64,000 bases of DNA from an uncultured Desulfobulbia bacterium (GTDB lineage Bacteria > Desulfobacterota > Desulfobulbia > Desulfobulbales > SURF-16), in assembly GCA_964653055.1 (NCBI GenBank), contig CAZZCA010000008.1, forward strand, positions 5,371-69,370. Direction: 5' to 3'. Of this stretch, positions 1-9,016 are shown in pieces. The position numbers and the translations under genes are program-made. The notes under the pieces are model-generated. The model had not been told where the DNA came from. It searched no databases and saw nothing but the letters and a program-made list of their open reading frames with translations. How positions within the stretch are numbered: position 1 is the stretch's first letter; each line of letters opens with the position of its first letter.

Positions 1-1
1 T

Positions 2-463
2 AAGACCATTCAGTATAAGGATACAGGGGTTATCCTCGAGGTAACCCCCCAGATTAATTATAACGGGATTATCCTCCTTGATATCAAGCAGACGGTGAGT
101 AATGCTGTTGCCACGACAACAGGTGTTGAATCTTCTGCTACTATTCAGTCCAGGGAGGTAGAGACAAAGCTGGCGGTGAAGGACGGCCAGTCAATTATGA
201 TCGGCGGCATGATCAAGAAGGATGAAGGGGTTACTGAATCTGGAATTCCCCTGTTGAAGGACATCCCGCTCCTTGGTTATTTCTTTAAGTATGAGAGAGA
301 TAGCACCACTAAAACCGAGCTCTTGATCATGGTTACCCCTTATGTAATCGAGACCGAGGATGTTCTTGATCAATATGTCCGGGAGTTTGGCAATAAGATG
401 AATGAACTGCGAAGAGAGATTAATCCGCCACAGCAGACTAAAAGCAGTATCAGTGCAGAGTAG
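2..463 (+). CDS. gspD: Type II secretion secretin, C-terminal part (5' truncated by window edge)
   Basis: Frame is open from base 2: KTIQYKDTGVILEVTPQIN...SREVETKLAVKDGQSIMIGGMI...IPLLKDIPLLGYFF...KTELLIMVTPYVI, the secretin C-terminal signature. GspD versus another secretin cannot be resolved here. Confidence 0.8.
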   Translation, partial: KTIQYKDTGVILEVTPQINYNGIILLDIKQTVSNAVATTTGVESSATIQSREVETKLAVKDGQSIMIGGMIKKDEGVTESGIPLLKDIPLLGYFFKYERDSTTKTELLIMVTPYVIETEDVLDQYVREFGNKMNELRREINPPQQTKSSISAE

Positions 464-471
464 AGGAAGAG

Positions 472-804
472 ATGCGGCAGATAATAATTGATGAGTTAAG
501 TAAGGAAGAACACGATAATCTGGATTCCTACCTGAAACGAACGGTGAAAACCGCGGGGATGGACGGGGTGTTCTGGTTGTCGATTCCAGATGATCTGCTG
601 GCCGAGGCCCAGCAGGGTCATGAGGACTGCGGACCTTTTTTCTTTGGCATAGAGCTTATGGAGCATAAATTGATAATTGAGCTCTTGGTTCGCAGTGAGA
701 GTAATCTGCACTGCTCCTGTATATCATATGCCTCTAAAAGTCAGCGGGAATTTTTGTTCTCTTTCCTTGATCGGATGATTGAAGAGGAGAAGATCAGAGC
801 CTGA
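472..804 (+). CDS. Conserved hypothetical protein, 110 aa
   Basis: AGAGGAAG RBS, follows the secretin stop by 8 nt, ends just before a terminator; no recognisable motif. Confidence 0.75.
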   Translation: MRQIIIDELSKEEHDNLDSYLKRTVKTAGMDGVFWLSIPDDLLAEAQQGHEDCGPFFFGIELMEHKLIIELLVRSESNLHCSCISYASKSQREFLFSFLDRMIEEEKIRA

Positions 805-824
805 CCCTCTAAATTTTAGAATAT

Positions 825-864
825 AAAAAAAAGCCCCAGTCATTTAATGACCGGGGCTTTTTTT
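825..864. terminator. Bidirectional rho-independent terminator
   Basis: A8-GCCCCAGTCA-tttaa-TGACCGGGGC-T7 between convergent genes. Confidence 0.85.
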
Positions 865-902
865 ATATACAGCTTAAATCTAATCTGGGTGATTACAAAA
901 AA

Positions 903-1076
903 TTACCACCAGCAGATAGTCTGATCAGCAGCATAGATCTTATCGACCAGAGCGTCATAATCAGGGCTGTCAGCATGAAGATCAAAACTGTCGGCTTCCC
1001 GGTCACGGGAAACAATTTCAACCAGTTTATTAGTAGTTTCGTCAGGGGCGGAACGATATACATTTAAAATTTTCAT
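903..1076 (-). CDS. Small conserved hypothetical protein of YTD cluster (57 aa; possibly DsrH/TusB-like), absent from ORF track
   Basis: Hand translation MKILNVYRSAPDETTNKLVEIVSRDREADSFDLHADSPDYDALVDKIYAADQTICWW*; AGGAG RBS upstream; fills the gap between the 101-aa gene and the terminator. Confidence 0.8.
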   Translation of the reverse strand: MKILNVYRSAPDETTNKLVEIVSRDREADSFDLHADSPDYDALVDKIYAADQTICWW

Positions 1077-1094
1077 TATAAACTCCTGTATCCT

Positions 1095-1400
1095 TTAAAT
1101 TACACCGTAAGGAATTATATTGGTCATATCCCGTAATTTCTCACCGAGCTCTTCAATGGTCATGGGCTCGAGCTGGTTGAGCTCGCAGTTGGCAGCTTTG
1201 GTGCTGAATATCTCACCTTCCATGTCACGGAGCATCTCAATGGACTCGATATTATGCTCACCGAGTTTATCCATATCAACATCATTCATAACGCAGCCGT
1301 AAGCATACATATTCTCAACTGCAAGACCGAGAGCTGAACGGATACCATCAACCGCAGAGTCTTTGTTTCTGTACATCAAACATACTTTTTTATATTCCAT
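1095..1400 (-). CDS. DsrE/F-like conserved hypothetical protein of YTD cluster
   Basis: AGGAG RBS; N-terminal beta-alpha pattern (VCLMYRNKDSAVDGIRSALGL) resembles DsrF/TusC; operon context. Confidence 0.75.
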   Translation of the reverse strand: MEYKKVCLMYRNKDSAVDGIRSALGLAVENMYAYGCVMNDVDMDKLGEHNIESIEMLRDMEGEIFSTKAANCELNQLEPMTIEELGEKLRDMTNIIPYGVI

Positions 1401-1412
1401 TATAACAAACTC

Positions 1413-1727
1413 CTATAAACTTAAGTAACAGTCATAATCTTCAATGATGATTCCGTGCTGGGCCTGGGTGCCCATTTTGGTTTCATCAAGTCCTGCCGGA
1501 ATATCATCAACTGCGTAACCCATATTCTTGTAGCTGTCCACACAGATGGCTACATCGTCGGCAATACTGCAGAGTTCGGGGAATTCCGGCAGTTTGGCGT
1601 TCTTGGTTGCGTCCCAGGTGAAGAATACCTTAACAGCAGAGCCCTTGGCTTTAGCTGCTTTGGTAATCCCCATGACGTGCTGGAAATTATCAGGGTTGGT
1701 AACAAAAATACCGATACTTTTGGCCAT
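1413..1727 (-). CDS. DsrE-family sulfur relay protein
   Basis: IGIFVT...VKVFFTWDAT...AICVDS pattern with Cys at the DsrE active-site position; GAGGAC RBS. Confidence 0.8.
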   Translation of the reverse strand: MAKSIGIFVTNPDNFQHVMGITKAAKAKGSAVKVFFTWDATKNAKLPEFPELCSIADDVAICVDSYKNMGYAVDDIPAGLDETKMGTQAQHGIIIEDYDCYLSL

Positions 1728-1797
1728 GTTGTCCTCCAGTTAAAACATTGGCAGCGTATCTTGCTTAAGACACGCTGCCATGATGTTGATGGAAAAA

Positions 1798-2049
1798 TTA
1801 AGCTTTTGCGATATAGAAACGAATGAAGCCAGAATCTTCTTTCTCGCCGAGGTAGTCGTGACCTGAACGCTCACACCAGCCGGGGAGATCATTCCGGGAG
1901 CCGGGATCGGTACCGAGAATTTCAAGAACATCGCCGGAGCCGAGTTTGTTCATCTCTTTTTTGGTTTTCAGTAAGGGCATGGGGCAGCTGAGACCTTTGG
2001 CGTCGAGGGTGGCAGCTACATCAATGTTGTCCGGTGCTTGTTTGCTCAT
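1798..2049 (-). CDS. tusA: TusA/SirA-family sulfurtransferase
   Basis: LDAKGLSCPMPLLKTKK (CPxP motif), LEILGTDPGS; GAGGA RBS. Confidence 0.92.
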   Translation of the reverse strand: MSKQAPDNIDVAATLDAKGLSCPMPLLKTKKEMNKLGSGDVLEILGTDPGSRNDLPGWCERSGHDYLGEKEDSGFIRFYIAKA

Positions 2050-2386
2050 GGTTTCCTCCTACAATGGATTACCGTTAATATTGACATCAAGGTATTGCTA
2101 ATAAATAATCACTCTTTATCTAAACTATAGGGCTGAAAATGTTAAGGCTTTAACAGGAATGATGGATACTGTCAAGAAAAATGAGGGGGGATTCAATTTG
2201 CCTGTCATGGCTCTTGCTTAAATAGCTTAAATTTGTTGTGACATGCTTGACAAACAGCGTTGCCGTGGGTAAAGAATTATTGATCTTAAACTCTGAGGTT
2301 AAGATGTATAAGGAATCTGAGTCGGCCTTGGTGCCGGTGGCAGTTATCATTGATGTAACTGTCAGAAAAAAAGGAGATTTTTTGTT

Positions 2387-3616
2387 ATGAGTGAAGGAAT
2401 TTTTGGCAGCAAGGTAAAGAAACTGTACAAGGCGCTCTGTCAGGAGGAGTGGAACGCCATGACTGCAGGTATTCTGGTGGCTCTGTTCAGCATCCTGATC
2501 ATGGCCTGGTGGCGTCCCTGGGGCGCAGTTGGTGCGGTACGGAATTGGGGTGACTGGATCGTTTATGGTCTTGGTCTGTGGGATTCATTAGGTTTCTGGG
2601 AGGCTGATGCTCCCAAAAATATTCTTTATAATTCCGGTTCGGTAATTGGTATCGGTTTTGTCGGCGGCGCTTTTGTCTCAGCCTGCCTGGGTAACGATTT
2701 TGCCATCCGTATTCCTCCGGTGATTGAGCTGGTCAAAGGTGTTATGGCCGGTCTGCTTCTTGGTGTCGGTTCTACCCTTGCCGGTGGTTGTAATGTCGGT
2801 GGTATGTTCAACGCCATCGGTAATCTGGCAGCCAATGGTTTCACCATGTGGCTCGGCCTTATTATTGGTGTTCTGCTCGGTCTCAAATACATCTACTGGG
2901 AGATGGAGCATATCAGCTGGGGTGGCGGTGGTGCCAAAACCATTGAATTTCCCAGTGGCCTGAAGGCTCTCCTGGGTGTTGTTGCCCTGGTTGCTCTTAT
3001 TGCCGGCGCTTATTCCTATGCCGGTAACGAAGACAGCGATTATATCGCCTCGCTCAGTGGTATCCTGATTATTGCCGCAGGACTTGGTTATACCATGCAG
3101 CGCGGTCGCTGGTGTATGGTTCAGGGTTTCCGTGAACCCCATATGACCGGTGACTGTACCATGGCAAAAGCAGTGGCTCTCAGCATCATGATTGTTGCTG
3201 TTGGCGCTGCTGTACTCAAATATGGTGTTCCCATGCGTTTTGATGGTGATCCTGTTCTTCACCCCATTAATTATGTTCGCGGTACCTTTGGCTGGGGCTC
3301 CATTGTTGGTGGTCTGATCTTTGGTTTTGGTGCTATGCTGGCCGGTGGCTGTGGTACCGGTACCCTGTGGCGGGTTGGTGAGGGTCAGGTTAAGCTCTGG
3401 CTGGTTGTCCCCATTTTCGGTATTACCAACTCTATTATGACCGGTTGGTTCCGTGATGGTGATTTTGAAGCCGATGGCCTCCTGGGGTCCTACCTCTTCC
3501 TCCCCGATGTTATGGGGTTTGGCGGGTCTCTGTTCCTGGTTGCCGGTTCTATGCTGGCCTGGTACCTCATTGTTGAGTGGAACGAGGATTCCAATAAGCT
3601 GGTTCTCGACATGTAG
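2387..3616 (+). CDS. YeeE/YedE-family sulfur-compound (thiosulfate) transporter
   Basis: Polytopic membrane protein with Cys motifs LAGGCNVG, QRGRWCMV and LAGGCGTGTL; divergent from tusA. Confidence 0.9.
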   Translation: MSEGIFGSKVKKLYKALCQEEWNAMTAGILVALFSILIMAWWRPWGAVGAVRNWGDWIVYGLGLWDSLGFWEADAPKNILYNSGSVIGIGFVGGAFVSACLGNDFAIRIPPVIELVKGVMAGLLLGVGSTLAGGCNVGGMFNAIGNLAANGFTMWLGLIIGVLLGLKYIYWEMEHISWGGGGAKTIEFPSGLKALLGVVALVALIAGAYSYAGNEDSDYIASLSGILIIAAGLGYTMQRGRWCMVQGFREPHMTGDCTMAKAVALSIMIVAVGAAVLKYGVPMRFDGDPVLHPINYVRGTFGWGSIVGGLIFGFGAMLAGGCGTGTLWRVGEGQVKLWLVVPIFGITNSIMTGWFRDGDFEADGLLGSYLFLPDVMGFGGSLFLVAGSMLAWYLIVEWNEDSNKLVLDM

Positions 3617-3669
3617 AATTTTTCCTTAAAAACAGGAGCTTGATCGAACTCCTGTTTCTGATCCACATT

Positions 3670-3706
3670 GACGCGTTGTCGGTTTACTGGCAACGCGTCT
3701 TTTTTT
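3670..3706 (+). terminator. Rho-independent terminator after yeeE
   Basis: GACGCGTTG...CAACGCGTC followed by T7; a second hairpin AAACAGGAG/CTCCTGTTT lies at 3630-3657. Confidence 0.75.
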
Positions 3707-3740
3707 GCCTTGACAGGTCCGGGTTTCAGGACGACACTAA

Positions 3741-5603
3741 ATGAAGTTGAGTCGTTGTGGGGAATTTATGGGTCTTCAGAAAAAAATATCTACATTACAG
3801 CGTTCCAGCCTTCTTGTTGACGATGAGGTTATCATCATTGTTGATGATGACCCCATTATCCGGGAGGCCTTGCTTGTCTATTTCAGGGAGCAGGGACTGA
3901 AGGCAGTGGGAGCTGGCAGTCGGCATGAGCTTTGCCAGGAACTTTCTTCAATTTGCGGGGCTCTTGTCCTTCTTGATATCGGTCTGCCAGATGCCGATGG
4001 AGTTGCGCTCATTGAAGAGATCAAGTCTCTTTCTGCTGATACCTCGATAATCATGCTCTCCGGGGTGGCTGATCTCAAGGTGGCGGTTTCCTGTATCCGT
4101 AAGGGCGCTGATGATTACCTGACCAAGCCGGTTCACTTTACCGAAATTGGTCATGTGGTGGCCCGGGTGCTGGAGAAGCGCCGCCTTCTTCTTGATAACC
4201 GTCGCTATCAATCCGAGCTTGAGCAGTCGTCTTTCCGAATCAGCCTGCTTCGCCAGCTGGCCTGGAAGATGAATTCCCTGTATCTCGAATCAGCTGATCT
4301 TGATGATATCCTCCGGGCGATTCTGGTGGCCACCACCTTTGAGTACGGTCTGGGCTTTAACCGGGCCTTTCTCCTGATGGTGGACGATGAGGGTCAGCGG
4401 CTGAAGGGTCGTTTAGCCATTGGTCCGGCCTGTCGTGAAGAGGCCGGCCGGGTCTGGGACGAGATGAAAGACCGTCATCTTGATTTTTTCGATATTATCA
4501 ATAACCTCAAAGAACAGCAGGCCTATGTTGAGGGCGGGGTCAACGAGACCATTGCCAACCTGCAGGTTGATCTGGATCAGGATGACCATATCCTGGTAAG
4601 ATCAGTACTTGACCGCCAGAGCTTCAAGGTTGAGGCTGGTAGAAGTAAAATCGATGTTTCATCCATTCTTCTTGATTTATTAGCCAGTGATTCTTTTGTG
4701 GTGGTCCCTCTTTTTGCCCCGGATCGCCCCATTGGGGTAATTATTGCGGATAATTTTGTCACCGGGAGATCTATTGCCGATAGCGAGGTTGAGGTGCTGG
4801 AGCTTTTTGCCGGCCAGGCATCCCTGGTCATCGAACAGGCCCGGCTTAGGCGCCAGATGCAGGGCAAGATAGTTCAGCTCCAGGAGCTTGCCCGGGAACT
4901 CGATGACAGTAAGGACCTGCTGGTAGAGTCGGAATGTTACGCCGCTGTCGGTCAGATGGCAGCCCAGGTTCTTCATGTTATCAAAAATCCGGTAACTGCC
5001 ATTGGCGGAGTGGCCCGGATGCTTGCTAAAAAAATAGAAGACGATCACTGGCGTAAATTCCTTGAGGTAATGGTCCTGGAGACAGACCGGCTGGAGACAT
5101 CGCTATCCGAGCTCTTTGATTTTGTCAGTAAGACCGAGATTGTTAAGGAAAAGGCCCATTTAAACCCCCTTATTCATAAGAGTATTCTTCTTCTTCAGTC
5201 CGCCATGGAGCGCCAGGGGGTGAGTTGGCAGGTTGATCTGACCCCGGTGGATCCTTTGATTGATATGGACCGGAAGCAGGTTCAGCAGGTTTTTCTTAAT
5301 ATTTTCCGTAACAGTCTTGATGTGATGAATGAAGGTGGTCGCCTCACGGTATCATCCAGGTGTGCAGACGGTTTTGTTGAGATTGTGGTGCGGGATACCG
5401 GCCCGGGGATCTGCGAAAGCGGGGGAAAAAGGCTGCTTGAACCATTTTATACCACCAAGGCCCATGGTACCGGGATGGGTCTGGCCATGGTTGATCGATA
5501 TGTGGTGGCCCATGGCGGCAATTTTTCCCTTGGCCAATATGATGGAGGAGCCGAGGTAAAGGTGAGCCTGCCTCTCACCCATAGAGATGATGAAGATAAA
5601 TAA
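3741..5603 (+). CDS. Hybrid REC-GAF-histidine kinase (start may be ATG 3768)
   Basis: REC (IVDDD, LLDIGLPD, YLTKP), GAF (FVVVPLF...GVIIADN), H-box LHVIKNP, N-box NIFRNS, G-boxes DTGPGI and FYTTKAHGTGMGL. Confidence 0.9.
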   Translation: MKLSRCGEFMGLQKKISTLQRSSLLVDDEVIIIVDDDPIIREALLVYFREQGLKAVGAGSRHELCQELSSICGALVLLDIGLPDADGVALIEEIKSLSADTSIIMLSGVADLKVAVSCIRKGADDYLTKPVHFTEIGHVVARVLEKRRLLLDNRRYQSELEQSSFRISLLRQLAWKMNSLYLESADLDDILRAILVATTFEYGLGFNRAFLLMVDDEGQRLKGRLAIGPACREEAGRVWDEMKDRHLDFFDIINNLKEQQAYVEGGVNETIANLQVDLDQDDHILVRSVLDRQSFKVEAGRSKIDVSSILLDLLASDSFVVVPLFAPDRPIGVIIADNFVTGRSIADSEVEVLELFAGQASLVIEQARLRRQMQGKIVQLQELARELDDSKDLLVESECYAAVGQMAAQVLHVIKNPVTAIGGVARMLAKKIEDDHWRKFLEVMVLETDRLETSLSELFDFVSKTEIVKEKAHLNPLIHKSILLLQSAMERQGVSWQVDLTPVDPLIDMDRKQVQQVFLNIFRNSLDVMNEGGRLTVSSRCADGFVEIVVRDTGPGICESGGKRLLEPFYTTKAHGTGMGLAMVDRYVVAHGGNFSLGQYDGGAEVKVSLPLTHRDDEDK

Positions 5604-6579
5604 ACCCCTAACTTCCGCTCTCCATGTGGTAGCGGAAGGTTCCTCTCGTCCCCGTCCGGCTTTTTTGGCTACTCTGGGGGTTGGGGATCGGATAAGGGCC
5701 GAGGTTCTGGAATTATTGGCAGACGGCAGGGCGGTTCTTGATGTTAGAGGTAATAAGATCGTTGCCCGGAGTATGGTTGATCTTACGGTGGGGGCCAAGG
5801 TCTTGCTGGAGGTAAGAGAGGCAGGGGACCTGCCCCGGCTGGTTCGTTTATTTATTGAGCCGGGCCATGACCAGGTGACGACCATGGTGGCGACCCTGGC
5901 CCGAGTTCAGTCCTTGCCAGCGGCTGATATTGACCCATCAGCCCTTGCCGGCCTCAGCCCCTTTGGTCGACTCATTGTTTCTTTGGCGACAATTTTCAGC
6001 CGCCAGGCCCCTGATCCAGAGCTTGTCCATTTGATTAGCCTTTTGTCGGGATTAGCGTCACCCCCTTCCCCTAAGTCGGGTCGGCAGCATTCCTCCGATA
6101 CTGGTTTTGCTACTGGTGGCTCCATGGAGGCCATTAAGGCTCTTCTTGATATGACAGAGGCCCATCAGTCCTTTAATGCCGGCCAGGATGTCACGGAAAA
6201 TGGTGGTTTTTTAATGTTTCCCTGTCTCATGGCCAGGAAGCATGGCTGGGGTGAATGGTTTTTTTCCTGGGACCATGGGGCGGAAGAGGAGGGCTATAAA
6301 TTAAAATTCTTTCTGGAGATGACCAGATTAGGACCTCTTGCCCTGTCACTTTCCTGTCATGATCAGCAATTGCACGGGGTTTTTCGCCTCAGTAACCCCC
6401 AGGCTGTATCTTTTGTCAAAGAACACTTGCCCTTATTGGAAACAACCTTTCTTGAAAAAGGCTTTACCCGCTGTTCCTTTATCTGTCGTCATGATTCAGT
6501 CCATGTCTTACAGGAGATTAAAGACATGGCGGGTCACGTCGGTGAAAACCAATTTGCCCTGGTGGATATGAAGGTCTGA
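5587..6579 (+). CDS. FliK-like (flagellar hook-length control C-terminal domain) protein
   Basis: C-terminal FFLEMTRLGPLALSL...LHGVF...VKEHLPLLETTF resembles the FliK_C domain; overlaps the kinase stop. Confidence 0.55.
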   Translation: MMKINKPLTSALHVVAEGSSRPRPAFLATLGVGDRIRAEVLELLADGRAVLDVRGNKIVARSMVDLTVGAKVLLEVREAGDLPRLVRLFIEPGHDQVTTMVATLARVQSLPAADIDPSALAGLSPFGRLIVSLATIFSRQAPDPELVHLISLLSGLASPPSPKSGRQHSSDTGFATGGSMEAIKALLDMTEAHQSFNAGQDVTENGGFLMFPCLMARKHGWGEWFFSWDHGAEEEGYKLKFFLEMTRLGPLALSLSCHDQQLHGVFRLSNPQAVSFVKEHLPLLETTFLEKGFTRCSFICRHDSVHVLQEIKDMAGHVGENQFALVDMKV

Positions 6580-6831
6580 TTTCTTTAGTTCTAATCAGCT
6601 TTAACCAGCCAGCGGCACTACAGAAAGTCGGGAGGAGAAGTGACCATCAGCTTTGTAACCTCCTGAAGCCTTTGCAATTACCCGGCAGAATATCAGCCAT
6701 CCCCTGTTAAATGTTTACTCTTTACTCCTTACTCCCCCTCTTTTCTGGCCTCGGTTTTTATTAAATTTCCCCTGGTTGCCCCTGGCAAGGTGTCAAAGGT
6801 AAAGATTTGACCCCCTGCCTTCCCTGCCTTT

Positions 6832-8166
6832 CTATTCTTTAGTTTTGGTCAGGGAGGGGCGCTGCCAGGACAGAATGGCTGCCCCTGTTCCCATAAATGA
6901 AGTTGCCAGCAGGGTTATCTGTAATGCCTGGCAGAATTGCCAGGCCAGTTCCGGCTGGAAATTATGAATGTTCAGGCCGCCTGTGAGGCGGTGAAAGCTC
7001 AGGGAGAGAGAGAGGGTTGAAATGGCGATTCCACTCATCATCCCCAGATTTCTGGCAGTGGCCAGCATGGCAGCAGCGGTTCCGCTGATGTGGTCTTTGA
7101 CCTGAAGAAGAACCGAGGCAGAGTTGGGGGAAAGAAACATGGCCTGGCCGACACCGAGGAGGCTCAGCTTGAGGGCGATGGTAAGAGGCCTGGTTTCAGG
7201 GGTTAAGCCACTTAAGAGGATCAGGCCGGCTGTTGAGATGGCAAGGCCTGCGGTGGACAGGACCTTGGCCCCGATATGATCGGCCAGCCACCCTGCAGCC
7301 GGGGCAATTATAAGGGCGCTTAAGGGGATGGCGGTCATGATCAGACCGGTCTGCAGGGCAGAAGCCTGCAAGACCAGCTTCAGGTAAAAGGGAATGATAA
7401 TCAGCACGGTGAAGAGAAGGTGGAAGGAAAGGCTGGCACTTAAAATGCCGATGGCAAAGAATTTTCTGGTGAGTAATTTTACCGGCAGGATCGGTTCAGC
7501 CAGTTGTTTTTCCCGGCGGTAGAAAAAAAAGCTGATAATTATCAGGAGAAAAAGGCCGCCGGTGATATGGAGCAGGGAGATGGGTGGCTTGCCGGCGTTG
7601 GTCAGCAGCAGGCAGGTTATGATCAGGATTATTGCCCACAGGGCGCCTCCCGGCCAGTCGAAATTGTTTTTATTGTTCTGCTCGGACTTGGGCAGGGCTT
7701 TGATGGCAGCCCCATAGAGAACAAGGGCCAGGGGGCCGGAGAGGTAGAAGAGGCTGCGCCATGAGCTTGCATCAATGAGAATGCCGCTGATTACCGGGCC
7801 GGTCATCAGGCCTAAAGAGACGGGGATACCGATTAAGCCCATACTGCGACCCAGGCGATCTGGGGGGATTATCTGCTTGATAATGGCCGGGCCGGCAGCC
7901 ATCATCATGGCCGCACCCAGGGCCTGGCCGAATCGGCAGCCCACCAGGATTGTCAGCGATGGGGCCAGGGCGCAGCCAAGTGAGCAGCCGGCAAAGATCA
8001 ACAGGCCCCGCCGGTAAATGGTGCTGCGGCCGATTTGATCACCAAGGTGGCCCCAGATCAGCAGGGTGGCGCTGGTGGTGAGAAGATAGGCCAGAACCAC
8101 CCACTCGGTGTCGGCCAGGCTGCAGGCGAATTCGTCCATGATGGAAGGCAGGGCGATATTAACCAT
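6832..8166 (-). CDS. MFS transporter, DHA2 (EmrB/QacA) family; true start probably further upstream (see findings)
   Basis: Motif A GHLGDQIGRS, RFGQALGAAM, WRSLFYL, FDWPG; about 14 hydrophobic segments. Confidence 0.9.
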   Translation of the reverse strand: MVNIALPSIMDEFACSLADTEWVVLAYLLTTSATLLIWGHLGDQIGRSTIYRRGLLIFAGCSLGCALAPSLTILVGCRFGQALGAAMMMAAGPAIIKQIIPPDRLGRSMGLIGIPVSLGLMTGPVISGILIDASSWRSLFYLSGPLALVLYGAAIKALPKSEQNNKNNFDWPGGALWAIILIITCLLLTNAGKPPISLLHITGGLFLLIIISFFFYRREKQLAEPILPVKLLTRKFFAIGILSASLSFHLLFTVLIIIPFYLKLVLQASALQTGLIMTAIPLSALIIAPAAGWLADHIGAKVLSTAGLAISTAGLILLSGLTPETRPLTIALKLSLLGVGQAMFLSPNSASVLLQVKDHISGTAAAMLATARNLGMMSGIAISTLSLSLSFHRLTGGLNIHNFQPELAWQFCQALQITLLATSFMGTGAAILSWQRPSLTKTKE

Positions 8167-8392
8167 GGAGCTGTCCAGGGTGGATAGAAATACCCCGCCG
8201 CTGACCAGGAGAAAGGCGATATGACTTTTGGGGTTTGAGGGGATAAGAATTTCCTTTAATTGTTGCGGGAAGAGAACATTTTGATTAATTTGGCACTCTA
8301 TTTATAACACATGCCTGTTTGGTTAAACAAGATCAATGGGTTTAGCCGGGCTTATTAATGATAACCAAATGTGGATCACCGGAGATATTGGG

Positions 8393-8899
8393 ATGATGAA
8401 TTATAGAGCAGGAAGGGTTAAGGTTTTTTGCGCCGCCATGATTATGGTGCTGGGGCTGGCAATTGCCGCAAATGTTCAGGCTGCCCCCCGGATGCCTCAT
8501 TTCAAGCTTCCCCAGGCTGTGGATGGTAGCATGCTCGACAGTGATAAGCTTGAGGGCAAGGTTCTTCTGGTTACCTTCTTTGCCACCTGGTGTCCCCCCT
8601 GTATGCAGGAGATCCCCACCCTGATTGAGTTGCAGGACCATTATGCTGCCAAAGGGTTTTCCATTGTTGGTATTTCCGTTGATGAGGGCGGCCCTAGGAT
8701 CGTGGCTAAGCTGGTCAAGAAGATGAATATAAATTACCCGGTTGTTATGGGTGATGCCGGTGTTGACCGGGGTTTTGGCGGGATTATCGGGATTCCCACT
8801 TCTTTTTTGATTAATAAAAAGGGCAAGGTGGTTAAAAGTTATCCCGGCTATGTCCCCCATCATGTTCTGGTTGCTGACATTGAAGAGCAGCTCCGCTGA
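8393..8899 (+). CDS. TlpA-family periplasmic thiol-disulfide oxidoreductase
   Basis: Signal peptide; VLLVTFFATWCPPCMQEIP; GIPTSFLINKKG. Confidence 0.92.
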   Translation: MMNYRAGRVKVFCAAMIMVLGLAIAANVQAAPRMPHFKLPQAVDGSMLDSDKLEGKVLLVTFFATWCPPCMQEIPTLIELQDHYAAKGFSIVGISVDEGGPRIVAKLVKKMNINYPVVMGDAGVDRGFGGIIGIPTSFLINKKGKVVKSYPGYVPHHVLVADIEEQLR

Positions 8900-8931
8900 G
8901 ACCTGCTGATGAGGGGTGCTTCATTTTCCGG

Positions 8932-8961
8932 TTGACAGCAAAAAGGCAAGCACAGTATATT
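8932..8961 (+). promoter_or_regulatory. Sigma70-like promoter of the small secreted protein gene
   Basis: TTGACA-18 nt-TATATT, 55 nt upstream of ATG 9017. Confidence 0.6.
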
Positions 8962-9016
8962 GTCTTAATTATTTATTAATTAAAGTTCTTATTAATTACA
9001 TAAAAAGGAGATAATC

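Noticed and set aside
1740-1931. 63-aa minus-strand ORF overlapping tusA
   Set aside because: Alternative frame of tusA running through the intergenic hairpin; no RBS or motif.
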